A stretch of 60,428 bases of DNA, counting the filler, from Stramenopiles sp. TOSAG23-6 (taxonomy: Eukaryota): the NCBI GenBank assembly GCA_900128565.1. It is 4 parts of 4 records of this genome, joined end to end, with 100 filler letters (N's around TTAATTAATTAA, not from the genome) between each part and the next. Parts side by side here need not be neighbours in the genome. Positions count along the whole stretch, not along the records: positions 45,426 to 60,428 come from LT636131.1; 3 more parts are not named here. One strand, 5' to 3'. Made by a program: the position numbers and the translations under genes. A model generated the notes under the pieces. That model did no database searches. It saw only the letters and a list, made by a program, of their open reading frames with translations, and had not been told where the DNA came from. Of this stretch, positions 45,802 through 57,149 are shown piece by piece. Numbering within the stretch: position 1 is the stretch's first letter; each line of letters starts with the position of its first letter.

Positions 45802-48624
45802 ATGCCTGCTTCTTCTGATAATTTACGCAACATAACATCCGTACATACTTTCCAAGAAGTTCATTGGTCTGGGATTGCATTTGTTGCTTTCACTGATGCT
45901 GTTATTTTTTATGTTGTAGTGTTATCCTTCATCTGTCAACGTTGGTTTCTTTCCTGTAGTCGTCAGAATCGTAAATCGCGTTCATGTACTTTAAATTCTT
46001 TAGTGGATATAAAAAATTTTGTTTTGATGCCGTTGAACGATATTTCTGCCATCTGTGGTGGTAATGTAGCTCTGTATCTTCGATTTGAAATTGAGATAAT
46101 GAAATTGCTACTATTTCTTTCAGTTCTCTGCTGCGGAATTATCCTTCCTTATAACGTTTATATATCAAGATTATTTAGCCCAAACGAGAGTAGTTCACAA
46201 TCCTACATCTTTTCCAAGACAACTGTAGAAACTATACGTATGTTTTATTTTTTTTCAAATTCATTTTTTTTTCGTACGAAATTTTGTACCTAACAAATCT
46301 TAGTTTTTTTTTTTGAAATATTTTTCCAAAATACACCAATAGCATCATCTTCTCTTTGGCTTCACGTTCTTTTTAGCTACATTTTTACCGTAGTTTTATT
46401 TTATTTTTATATTCGTAATTTTCATCCGAATGCTTCTCCAAGAGAACCACTCGAAGCTCGTACAGTATTTGTTAAGAGTGGAATCCCACGAAATATGTAT
46501 GTTTTACTTTTTTGTTTTGTTTTGGTAAAAAAAAAATCGAATTTATTTTTTTCATAGGAAATGTTGTACCTAACATTTTTTTTTTGAAATATTTTTCCAA
46601 AAAACAGTACTGATAGTGATATTGTACAAGGTTTCTTACGAATTGCACTAGTTGAGTTTTATACATACAAGGAAGAGGTTTGTAATAATAGTACTATTGA
46701 TGATATTAATACAAATAATAATACTCATAATATATTTGATTCTCAACTTGAAAATGTAGTGCTTATTCTAGATTTATCTCGTTTAGATGTTTTAGAACAA
46801 GAAAAATCGCAATTATTAAATCAATTAGACAGAAGTCATTTAATTCGTATATTGGAAAAAGAGAATCAAATTCATCCTTTTAGTTCTATTACAAATAATC
46901 AAACGAATTCTGTAGAGGATGGCAATTATAACTCTAACCATAATGATATTTCTCAAAACCCTAACCCTAACCAAAAGAACCAAAAGAACCAAAAGAACCA
47001 AAAGAACCAAAAGAACCAAAAGAATAGTCAATATAATGATGATATATCTCAAAACCCTAACCCTAACCAAATAATACAAGATGCTCATGAACATTCTCTA
47101 CCCTGTTGTTGGGTATTTGGGTTTGAATCGTCGAATGATATTTCTGATGCTTTAGTAGAGCTCCAAGTCAAAAATATACGTGAAGAACAAGCATGTATTA
47201 TCTATAATACTCCATTATATGGAACTGGGAAAGGATTTATAACTTTTGAAACTCAAATCGCAGCTTTGCGTTTCGTATCCAATTTCAAAACATTTTCACA
47301 ATTTGTTAAAAATCATAAAAGTGAAATTGTAGCAAAATGTCATCAACATAGAGATATTTTTACTACTACTACATGTATGTTTTGTTTTTTTTCAATTTTT
47401 TGTCTATTTTTTTTTCAATTTCGAATTTATTTTTTTTTTTTGAAAATTTTGTACCTAACAATTTTTTTTAGATTTTTTTTGAAATATTTTTATGCCTACA
47501 TCTACTACTACTTGTGAAAATATTATTGATTCTCTAATAGACAACAATTCAATAAAAAATGAAACAATAAAAGTATCATCATCAAAGAGTATTATGATTG
47601 ATTCTCTGATAGACAGTTGTGGATCTACATGGAGAGGCATTTCATTAGCTCCAAGGATCAATGATTTAGATTGGCGTAGATTACGGATTCCTACCGTACG
47701 ACGCGTATGTTTTATTTTATTTTATTTTTTTATTTTTTTTTAAATATTTTAAAAATTATTATTTTTTTTTTTTTTTTATACCCTCAAATCATATCTAACA
47801 AAAAATAAAAAATATATTTTTCACAATATCGTTTATACGATTATTATGTATCAATATATGTATTGTTGCTATGTTATTTCTCTGTACAACGCCTACAGCT
47901 GTGTTATCTAGATTGTATGTTGTATTATTTTTTTATTTTGGTAAAAAAAAAAATCGAATTTATTTTTTTCATAGTAAATTTTGTACCTAACAAATTTTTT
48001 TTTTTTTTGAAATATTTTTACAAAATACAAACGTTCACAAAATATTAATGTAATGAGTTACTGGTCAGATGTTATACAATATATTTCTCATTTAGGAAAT
48101 TCATTGGGTGGATTTGGATTGAATAAGGATATGATCTATTCATATACACCTGGTCTTTTATTGTTGATAATTAATGGTGTTTTAGCATATGTTTTGTATG
48201 TGGTTGGGCGTTATGTATGTTTTATTTTTTTTTCAATTTTTTTTTTGTATTTTTTTTTTATAAAAATTTTGTACCTAACAAATCTTAATTTTTTTTTGTT
48301 GAAATATTTTTCCAAAATACATATAGAACCCTGGTTAACATTTTCTGGTTCAGAAAAGTCAATTATGAGAATGACTTTTGCATTTTATATTTTTAATTCT
48401 CTTCTTTTGCCATCATTATCATTAGCATCCGTCGCAGACTTATTAGCAGTTGAAAGAATGCACAATGTTGGTTGTTCACAAAAAGATCCTTTAGGTATGA
48501 GGCATATGGATTATGACATTCATAAGAAGCATACATCTTTCCATCATAATGAATATATACCAATTGGAACACACATGTCCGTTTTCAAATTTTCAATTTT
48601 TCAAATTTTCAAATTTTCAAATTT

Positions 48625-48655
<31 letters not shown>

Positions 48656-49094
48656 ATTACTATAAAAAAATTGTACCTAACAAAAAAATTCTGAAAAAAA
48701 AAAATATTGTTTCACAAAACATATCGGATGAAGGAAAACATTTCTTAAATAATGGTACACATAGATTAATGTGTGAATATTCCATGTTTGGTAATATGTT
48801 TTTACGTGGTGTACGTTTGCAATTTCAAAATTTTAATTTTTTTTTCGTACGAAATTTTGTACCTAACAAAAAAAAAGTTTTTTTTTTGAAATATTTTTTC
48901 ACAATACGTTCAGGAGCATATTTTGTAATATATGTACTACACCGAGCTCATCTTACAAATGCGATAGGCCTTTTACGACTTCCAGAACGAATCCTATTTT
49001 GGTTTCATCGTGGTTCAGCTATTACTAAAAAGGAGAAACAAAACGCTCGTGAAAATTGGCCATTTGAATGTGGTCAACATTATTCAATGTTATT
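45802..49094 (+). CDS. OSCA/TMEM63 (CSC1-like) channel with 9 exons; normal C-terminus not found
   Basis: ALYLRF..IILPYN, LWLHV, RTVFV, GFITF, LAP..DLDW, LCTTP, SGAYFVIYV, FECGQHY. Confidence 0.85.
46238..46336 (+). mobile_element. Introner-like intron, GT..AC (AC duplicated)
   Basis: Consensus present; frame restored. Confidence 0.85.
46497..46607 (+). mobile_element. Introner-like intron, GT..AG
   Basis: Consensus with a canonical acceptor at the same position. Confidence 0.85.
47375..47501 (+). mobile_element. Introner-like intron, GT..AT (AT duplicated)
   Basis: Consensus present; frame restored. Confidence 0.85.
47705..47831 (+). mobile_element. Degenerate introner-like intron, GT..CG
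   Basis: ATCTAAC branch; frame into LCTTP restored. Confidence 0.7.
47915..48030 (+). mobile_element. Introner-like intron, GT..AA
   Basis: Consensus present; frame restored. Confidence 0.8.
48215..48322 (+). mobile_element. Introner-like intron, GT..AT (AT duplicated)
   Basis: Consensus present; frame preserved. Confidence 0.85.
48577..48722 (+). mobile_element. Introner-like intron, GT..AT (AT duplicated), with internal (TTTTCAAA)n
   Basis: Consensus present; frame restored. Confidence 0.8.
48811..48909 (+). mobile_element. Introner-like intron, GT..GT (GT duplicated)
   Basis: Restores LRGSGAYFV. Confidence 0.85.
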
Positions 49095-49119
49095 GGACGT
49101 TTTATTTTTTTTTTGTATG

Positions 49120-49154
<35 letters not shown>

Positions 49155-49186
49155 TTTTTTTCCCAAAATTTTTTTTTTTTTTTTTT

Positions 49187-49221
<35 letters not shown>

Positions 49222-49285
49222 TACCAAATTTTGTACCTAATAGAATTTTTTTTTTTTTTTTGAAAATATTTTTTTTACAATACAT
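49095..49285 (+). mobile_element. Double-length, T-rich introner-like segment (possible chimera of two copies)
   Basis: GGACGT-like donor, long poly-T, GTACCTAAT..ACAT end. Confidence 0.5.
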
Positions 49286-49532
49286 GCTACACCCAACAAA
49301 ATGGAAAAAATCCATGTGTGAGAAATACAATACCATACAATGTATCAATTGTTCAGCAATAGATGAGAAGAAAACCTTTTTAAAATGTAGTGCTTGTACA
49401 GTCTCTGTGTTTTGTAGTAGAAAATGCCAGAAAGAGGCGTGGAAAGAGCACAAAAAGATTTGTGCTAAATTGAAAGAAAAAGCTTCATTTGACATTGGAA
49501 AGAAGTATAGAGACGACTTGTTCTATGATTAA
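49286..49532 (+). CDS. MYND zinc-finger terminal exon
   Basis: CINC..CSAC..FCSRKCQKEAWKEHKKIC. Confidence 0.85.
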
Positions 49533-49664
49533 AAAAATAAACATTGGAAAGAAGTATAGAGACGACTTGTTCTATGATTAAAAATAGTAAAGATGGTTGT
49601 TTTTTATTGATATTTTCTTACTTGTTTACCTCTTACAAATGTTGTTTTGCTATTAAGGTTAGGG

Positions 49665-52358
49665 TTACACATCCGTTGTTGCGTACGGTGCAGATGTAAT
49701 GACTGGTGATGATTTCATCTGATTACTATCTGAATTACTTTCATTCAGTATTTTTGTTGTTTTTTGTTGTTGCGCAATGGTAAAAACACAATCTTCTTCC
49801 AAAGTTATTCCCAACAGAACGTTTCGTATTAACTCCAACTCTTTCATAATTTCTTTTATACGTGTCTCATCTCTACTTATCGTAGATTTTAATTCCACAT
49901 CTAAAACATCCAAAAGTTTATCCATGTAATTTTAGACAAATATTTCAAAAAAAATCATAAAAAATTTGTTAGGTACAAAATTTTTTACCAAAAAAAAAAA
50001 TGTAGACAAATTTTGAAATTTTGAAAAAAAATGAAAATGTACATATATGCACCAAGGCGAAGATTGCGAGCTTTAGAAGCGTTCAAAGTAGCAATTGATG
50101 CAGCATTATGACTCATCGTTGATGACGTCATCGATGAATTGCCTTTATCAAGAACAACCGTGGCAGATGCGACATGTTGAAAATTAAATGGTTTAGAAAT
50201 TTCATTTTGTTTTGTGTGTTTTGATTGTTTTGTGTGTTTTGGTTTCCCATTATATACACTATACGATTTGATTTCGTCTTGTTTATTTTGTTTATTTTGT
50301 TTATTTTGTTTATTTTGTTTATTTTGATGTTTTGATAGATTTCTAGGGTTAGGGTTACCATTTATTTTTGTTGATGTTTCTCCTAAATTTTTCACAGTTT
50401 CAGTGACGGATTTTTTCATTGACATAAATGCATCACTCATCCATGCACCTGTGTTGACTAATGACGAATCAACACCATTTACATTACTTTTATTACTTTT
50501 ATGACTTTTATGTCCAGAATTTTTCATTATAGTAGTAGGGTTAGGGGTTGTTGATGTTTCAGATGAATTAGGGTTAGGGTTTTCAGATGAGTTTGGTTGT
50601 ATCCAATCTAAATGTTTCGATTGATTTAATTTCTGTTTGGGACGTAAAACACTGAGAGATTTTCCTGATTGAATTAGTGTATACATGTAATGTGAAAAAA
50701 AATATTTTTTTTTTTTTTTTTTATTTTTTTTTGTTAGGTACGAAATTTCCTATTAAAAAAAAAAATTGATAAAAAATTGATAAAAAATTGAAAATGTAAA
50801 ACGTAGTGACAATTTACATTTGTTGAGCTTGGCTTGTAAATTTTGTGACATCTTCAACAGGTGGATATTTCATTAAACGCTTCAAAGCGTATGCATAATC
50901 TCTCTCTAATAAGAAATCTCTGACATGTAAAAGCCTACAGGTATGAAAAATATGTTGTAGAATTAGGGTTAGGGTTAGAGTGTACAAAAGAAAAAATCAA
51001 ATTGTTAATTTGTTGATTAGGGTTAGGGTTACACACATTGCAACGGAAACTAATTCTATAGATTTATCTAACGAGGAACCATTTGAACGCATGGCAAATA
51101 ACTTATCCCAAAGTGATAAAACATCTTCAATATGAAATTCTCGCCCAAACATTAAACGAGCCCATTTCATCATATATTGTGAAAAAATATTTTTAAATTT
51201 TTTTAAAATTTTTTTTAAAAATCATTAGGTACGAAATTTCGTACGAAAAAAAAAATAAATTCGAAATTGGTAAAAAAATAAAACAAACACATATAACTGT
51301 GGTTCTATACCGAGTTTCAAAAGACGTTTGAATAACTCTTCATCTATTTCTTTTAACCATTTATGTTGTACTCGGAGACAAAGACCAAGAATTGGTGAAA
51401 AAGATTCATAATTTGTGGTTGAGTTACTATTTTTTGACGTTGAAGAAGAGTGACTTGACATATCCCGAGTAGCTCCAAGTCTTTTTTCTCGTTTTAAGTT
51501 TTGAAGAACTTTTTTTCTTTCTGTTTCAGATTGTACACGAAATAAAGGTTTTAAATCTTTCATGATTTCGTCAAATAACCAAAATGCATCCACTTCCACA
51601 TTATTAGAGTCGAGTATAGACTCAATCAGTGTCAATATTTCCTCCCTACAAAAATTGTCGTTGTCATTATTTGTACTCTTATTTTGATTCCTTTTTTTTT
51701 CACTACAGCTACTAGACAATGTTGTTTTATCACACTCTAGGGTATATATAATAGGAGCAAGGATCTCATGCATGCCTTGTCTATACGATGTGTCTTCATG
51801 TATCTTACACCATACAAATAAAATGTTTAACATCATTTTTCGTAATGGTTCAGATTCAAAATAATTGCCACAGCCTGTAGGATATAACCGACCAAGATCT
51901 TTGTTAATTTCTTCAACTAATTCTTTTCCTTCATAGAATTTTTGCCATGGGCTTTCTGTCTCAAGTGATAGAGGATTACACATGGCCAAATCAGCATTAT
52001 TCATTCCGATTTTGGTCGGATCAGGCATATGCTTTTCCTTATAACGAGAATACTCCTCGCGTTTTTGGTCAAGATGGACAACCCAGGAACTTCTTGGCAT
52101 ATCACGGGGTATATATCCTAGAAAAACTTTCCAGCAGATAGACCGTATTTTCCCTTTGCACAACGTACCATTCATTGTAGCATCGTACAAGGACTTGAAT
52201 TTTCCAACACTGTCCAGCGAAGCAGAAGGAGAATCTGGAAAACATAAAGAAGAAAAATCTGCTTGCACATCAACGGACGACCGCAAAGCAAATGAGGGCC
52301 TACGTCCACTATCAACATTTCCCTCCCGAGTATATACAATACCTTCAGAATTATTCAT
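49665..52358 (-). CDS. TBC1D5-like Rab-GAP; exons 52358-51289, 51171-51037, 50934-50818, 50684-50043, 49923-49665
   Basis: RSICWKVFLG, NPLS..W, KDLGRLYP, YRQGMHEILAP, WARLMFGREF, AMLLHVR. Confidence 0.88.
49924..50042 (-). mobile_element. Introner-like intron, GT..AT (AT duplicated)
   Basis: Core present; frame restored. Confidence 0.8.
50685..50817 (-). mobile_element. Introner-like intron, GT..AT (AT duplicated)
   Basis: Removes an in-frame stop; core present. Confidence 0.8.
50935..51036 (-). other. Intron, GT..AG, built partly of (CCCTAA)n
   Basis: Restores VAMLLHV; ATATTTTT lies 11 nt before the end. Confidence 0.85.
51172..51288 (-). mobile_element. Introner-like intron, GT..AT
   Basis: Restores EPQLYxMKWARL. 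Confidence 0.85.
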
Positions 52359-52913
52359 AATGACGTCAATTCGAAGAAATCTCACGGCTTCTGCTGTCCA
52401 GTGTGAAAATAAACTTTTAATTTGATCAGATCTTGGATTTTATAGTAGTCCTTCCAGTGTGGCCACCACGAAGCTACTCTGGCCATTCAAAATGCCAGTC
52501 AAGTCAAAAAAAGAAATTTCTAACCCTAACCCTCGCTAACTAAGGCAGTTATTTACTCTTTTTTTTAGTGAGACATAATAATTTTAATAATTATGCACTT
52601 TTTTGAAGACTGACAAACAAATGCTACCATCAAGTTCCAAATACCAACAAAGAATGTATGTAAAAGAGAAAGCAAAGAAGCGTCATCGGGAAGGAATTTT
52701 TGTACCATTTTTTCGTACTTCAATATGTACGTAGGTACAATTTTTTTGGTACAAATTCCCTTAGTGAGTAGACTACAAAGAGGATTTGTCAAATATGTCA
52801 ATAATGACTCCCAGAGTTGATACAACTGATGCAAAAATAAGTAATATATTATTTAATTTGGTAGTTTATTTGGAAAAGTCTTCACACTGCAATTTCTATT
52901 ACCAGCAGTGGTA

Positions 52914-53291
52914 CTAATGACCGTCACCATCAAACCAACCATCTGGTCCGACAGGGTAACCAATTAAAGCACGCTTTCCAAGAACTTCACCTACGTGAAA
53001 TAATAAGTAGCACTCAACTGCAAGGAGCGCACCAGCCCCAACTGTAGCTACAGGAATATCACCAACGTTGGACAACTGTTTACCAAGTTCAGCAAACTCT
53101 TTCTTAGCCTGAGCAGTACGCTGGGACATTGTCGCAATACGCATATACGCCAACCTAAAACGAGCAGACCAAAGATCATGTCTAGCTTCATGCATAAGCT
53201 GCTGGTTCACCTTCCAAGACTTGCTCAAAGCAAACTGCGGACTCCGCATAAATTTGAACAAATTCGGGTACGCTCTTGCGAGTGCCGACAT
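52914..53291 (-). CDS. Mitochondrial ATP synthase subunit g-like
   Basis: C-terminal E..LFHVGEVLGKRALIGY motif. Confidence 0.8.
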   Translation of the reverse strand: MSALARAYPNLFKFMRSPQFALSKSWKVNQQLMHEARHDLWSARFRLAYMRIATMSQRTAQAKKEFAELGKQLSNVGDIPVATVGAGALLAVECYLLFHVGEVLGKRALIGYPVGPDGWFDGDGH

Positions 53292-53601
53292 CGTTAAATA
53301 GTAATGAAAGTATGTATTGCTTATTGTGTGCGCAGAGAGGTCGGCCAATGTGACATGAATTGTGATCTCGACTCGCGTCCAAAATATTTTATAGTACTAG
53401 GGTTAGGGTTTGGGTTTTTTTCAGCTTGAACACGAAAAAAGGAGATTTGAGAGACAAGATGAAAAAAGTATTAAAAAAAATGTATATTTTAAAACTCTTG
53501 TGTTTATTTTTCAATTGTTTTTTTCAAGATTGTTTTAAACATGAATGTGAATATTGTGAAGCAATTTCTGTTTACTTTTCAACGTCATTGAATCAAAGAC
53601 C

Positions 53602-54129
53602 TCAATTTTCAGAAGCAGCAACAGGTGGATTTGCAGCTTCAATTTCTTTCCAACCCTTAGCGTCGGAAAAGTTAGTGCTATCTTTGTTGAACTCTCCTTC
53701 GCCTTCTTTGGAATAATATCGCTTGGCATCAACAGCTTTCTTGTTCATTGGAAACCCCGGAATAGGCATAGGCGGTTTCTTTGACGTATTCTCCCGCATT
53801 CTTGATTGAACGTACCACATTTGCCCACCCATTTTGTACTTTACCAATATATCCACTTCAGTATTATCGACATTCCACAATTCCGGGTCTACTGAACTAG
53901 GCTCTTCACTTCCGTTTGCATTGCGCTCAATTTCTGATCGGTCAATTTCATCAGACGCAGTTGTTGCAGCAGGTTTGGAATCTTCTGCCGGTTTTACTTC
54001 CCCGACGCCGACAGCAGCAGGAGCTTTATTGTCTGACACCCACTGATCCACCTCTTCTTGCGTTTTACCAGCTGCCAATGCTGCCTCGACACTTTCATAT
54101 GGAGCTTCTATGCTTGCGGCTGCACCCAT
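53602..54129 (-). CDS. Hypothetical protein with MGxxxS myristoylation motif
   Basis: 175-aa ORF starting MGAAAS. Confidence 0.65.
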   Translation of the reverse strand: MGAAASIEAPYESVEAALAAGKTQEEVDQWVSDNKAPAAVGVGEVKPAEDSKPAATTASDEIDRSEIERNANGSEEPSSVDPELWNVDNTEVDILVKYKMGGQMWYVQSRMRENTSKKPPMPIPGFPMNKKAVDAKRYYSKEGEGEFNKDSTNFSDAKGWKEIEAANPPVAASEN

Positions 54130-54409
54130 TCTTGTTATATTTTACTTGTAGTTTCGATCTTGTTATACGGTATCTTTTGTAAAGGTAATTACGATGACTA
54201 GGACTGACTGTGTACAAAACTCGGTCAGAAGATCTAGGTTTTTAGCTAGGGTTAGGGGTTTTATTTATTTTTTTTGAGCTGAACTCAAACAAACTGCTGA
54301 AAGAAAGAAGGTAAGTTGTAGTACTTGTGCGTGATGATGTGTGTGTGAAAGAAGAAGAAGATTCAATATAATCCTGGAGACTTTGAAGTGTAAGTAATTG
54401 TGCCCGTCG

Positions 54410-55591
54410 ATGAGTATGTATTCTCAGAGTTGTTTAAGTCTAAATGAATGGGGCAGCAGCGTTCCCATTGCAGTAAGTTTGTTTCTAGTTGCATTGTATA
54501 GTAAAGCAAAGCGACGCGAAATAGAAGAAGAATACAATGGTCAAAATGAAGTTGCTCCTGGGGAGTTTTCTACTTTTTTCACGTCTGAACGCCTGAATAA
54601 TATTCGTCATACCATTACAATGACAATACCTTTAGTATTAGTATGTATTGCTTTGTTTATGGGCAGCAATGAATCTTTTTTGAGTTTTTTTCTTCCGGGA
54701 AATGAAATATCGGTACTGTATGTGGCACCAAAACTTCAGTGGCTATTAACGTTTTCACTTATATTATGGCAAGCAAAATGTGCCGAGAGTGCATTATTAC
54801 GCATCCGCCGTCTACTCATATCTACGAATGAGTATGGAGAAAACGTTATTTCTCTTGGAAACTTGGTTAATCTTAAAGACTTATCCGTGTCGTGGGGCGT
54901 CATGAGACGTGTCGGTCTCTGCTGGTTAGCTTGTTCGTCAAGTGCGTGTCCTTTAGTGTTATGGATTTTGCCATCTGTTTTACTCGACCAGTTTGTTGGC
55001 TCGCATCTCACATATTTTGTAGAATGGATTGTAGGCCCTAGTCTAGCAGATAATGAGATTTTATTTGGGATTTTGATTCCTTTTGTGGATAGGTGTCTGG
55101 CTCTTCCAGTTCTCCTAAAGTGGCTTCAGATCACCTTTGCATTGACTACAAATTCTTTAGGATCTTTCTCATTCTTAACCTGTCTTTGTGCTGCTGCAAA
55201 TTTAGTTCACAATGCTCACATAATGTGGGTAGATGTCGATGATATCTTTGTTACAATTGCTAGGATCAAAAATGGAGATGTCTATATTGATGATGATGAA
55301 AACTCTTCTAAAAGTGATGATCACGAAAGTTATAATGATAATGAATTTTATGAGGAAACATATACAAATAATGATCGAAATGAATCAAATATATATGATA
55401 CCAATGAATCGTATATCCATAGTGAAATGAATGAAATGCAAAATGGTTTACATCAAAGAAGTACAAGGTACAACACTCGAAGTCAATCTGCCAAAAAACA
55501 ACAATATCAAGAGGAAGATAGTTTTCATCAATCTCGATTTGCTCGTGATCGAATGTATAGCCGAAATGATATACATTCAGGATATTATTAG
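54410..55591 (+). CDS. Hypothetical multi-pass membrane protein with acidic tail
   Basis: ~393-aa ORF with several hydrophobic segments. Confidence 0.6.
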   Translation: MSMYSQSCLSLNEWGSSVPIAVSLFLVALYSKAKRREIEEEYNGQNEVAPGEFSTFFTSERLNNIRHTITMTIPLVLVCIALFMGSNESFLSFFLPGNEISVLYVAPKLQWLLTFSLILWQAKCAESALLRIRRLLISTNEYGENVISLGNLVNLKDLSVSWGVMRRVGLCWLACSSSACPLVLWILPSVLLDQFVGSHLTYFVEWIVGPSLADNEILFGILIPFVDRCLALPVLLKWLQITFALTTNSLGSFSFLTCLCAAANLVHNAHIMWVDVDDIFVTIARIKNGDVYIDDDENSSKSDDHESYNDNEFYEETYTNNDRNESNIYDTNESYIHSEMNEMQNGLHQRSTRYNTRSQSAKKQQYQEEDSFHQSRFARDRMYSRNDIHSGYY

Positions 55592-55821
55592 ACGTTCCTT
55601 TAGTAGAATAAAACTGAGTTTTATGTTCTGTTTGACTGTTGTTGTTAGGTAATTAGGTGAGAGGAATGATGAAATCCTACGTTTCAAAATAGGGTAAAGA
55701 TGATTTTTGTAAAAAGTAATAAAACTACGTTTCAAAATAGGGTAAAGATGACTTTTGTAAAAAGTAATAAAACTAGAAAGAGCTATTTTTCAAGATTTTT
55801 AATACTATTGTGTAACATGAT

Positions 55822-56784
55822 TTATACATTTGTCTTTTCTGGTGAATCCTGTACACATGCATTTTTAATTATTTTTTCAAAATGTTTTCGACCAAGCTGG
55901 ATGTTCAATTGTGTAGCAGCAGGGTATACAGACCCATCTGACATGATTAGCATTATTGTTGTATCAGCAGTGAAGGAATCCACAAATGCAGTAAATGATG
56001 AATTATTTACAATCATTGCCTCAAAATTAGCCTTTGTTTTGCTACAAGCGAGTTTAAATTGTTTAATAATATTTGATATTTTTTCAAATCGACAGCGATC
56101 CCCATGAGGCTTCAAAGTCGCTTTGGCAATAACTAAATACGTTGCCCTTTCAAACAAAACAGCTTCATCCGCCTCACAAATATTACATAAGCGACGTAAA
56201 TGAGATTCAACAAGCTTAATATTTGGGACTAAACTGTACACTATTGTAGACCAAGCACGATACAATGACTCATCCCATATAGACGTCTTAAAATATGTGA
56301 CGTCAAAACCTTTTGAGTACTGCATCACCACTTCTTTTCTTTGCTTGAAAATATCATCTCTTGTTTTTTCGGGAATAAGATCCATTTTGTGAATCAATAC
56401 AAATACTTTGCTATCATTTGACTGGTCCTTTAAAGCTTCTAAGCACTTGACGTAAATCTGAATGGAGTTTAGGAGGCCATCTTCTTCTTGTACGTCGTGA
56501 CTCATCACGTTGACATCAAAAACATAAATGAGAACCTTCACGTTTCCAAACACCAAACGACGCTGACCAAATAAAAAATTCTGTAGATAGCGTTTTTGGC
56601 CACCACAGTCCCATAGATTTAGACGCATACCACCCATAAATTGAACAGTATTGTGGTCAATCTCCAAAGTGGGTCCCATGCGAGAAGTATCCCGTGCTAA
56701 GTAGTTTGCAAAAATAATAGACCTCATTGACGTCTTACCAGAACCACTTTTCCCCATAAGGAGTACCTTTTCGCGACCCGCCAT
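55822..56784 (-). CDS. RRAGA: Rag A/B (Gtr1) GTPase
   Basis: KVLLMGKSGSGKTSMRSIIF, LWDCGGQ, HKMD, TSIWDE, RFEKISNIIKQFKL. Confidence 0.96.
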   Translation of the reverse strand: MAGREKVLLMGKSGSGKTSMRSIIFANYLARDTSRMGPTLEIDHNTVQFMGGMRLNLWDCGGQKRYLQNFLFGQRRLVFGNVKVLIYVFDVNVMSHDVQEEDGLLNSIQIYVKCLEALKDQSNDSKVFVLIHKMDLIPEKTRDDIFKQRKEVVMQYSKGFDVTYFKTSIWDESLYRAWSTIVYSLVPNIKLVESHLRRLCNICEADEAVLFERATYLVIAKATLKPHGDRCRFEKISNIIKQFKLACSKTKANFEAMIVNNSSFTAFVDSFTADTTIMLIMSDGSVYPAATQLNIQLGRKHFEKIIKNACVQDSPEKTNV

Positions 56785-57149
56785 ACTAGTACTGATGTGA
56801 AAACCTAACTTTGTTTTTGTTTAGACAAGTGGAAAAGAAAATGTAGAGATTCTAAATAATACGTCTATTTAGTACAGAGCCAGAAAGGAAAGGTGTTTTG
56901 TTTGACATTTGTTTGGGTTTGTGTTCAATTATTTCAATCGAGATTTTTGCGCAAAACTGTCTTTTGTTTTTGACTTTTTGACAACCTGAAGCATCACAAA
57001 AATCAGAAGACAACAACAACAACAACAACGAGTAGTCTTCATATTCATAAGAGTAATAATATCATTAGCTATGCAATTGTTATTGAATTAATCAATCACC
57101 AATAATATCAATAAATCAAGGATTCATATTTTTTGTATAGATCTGTGTC

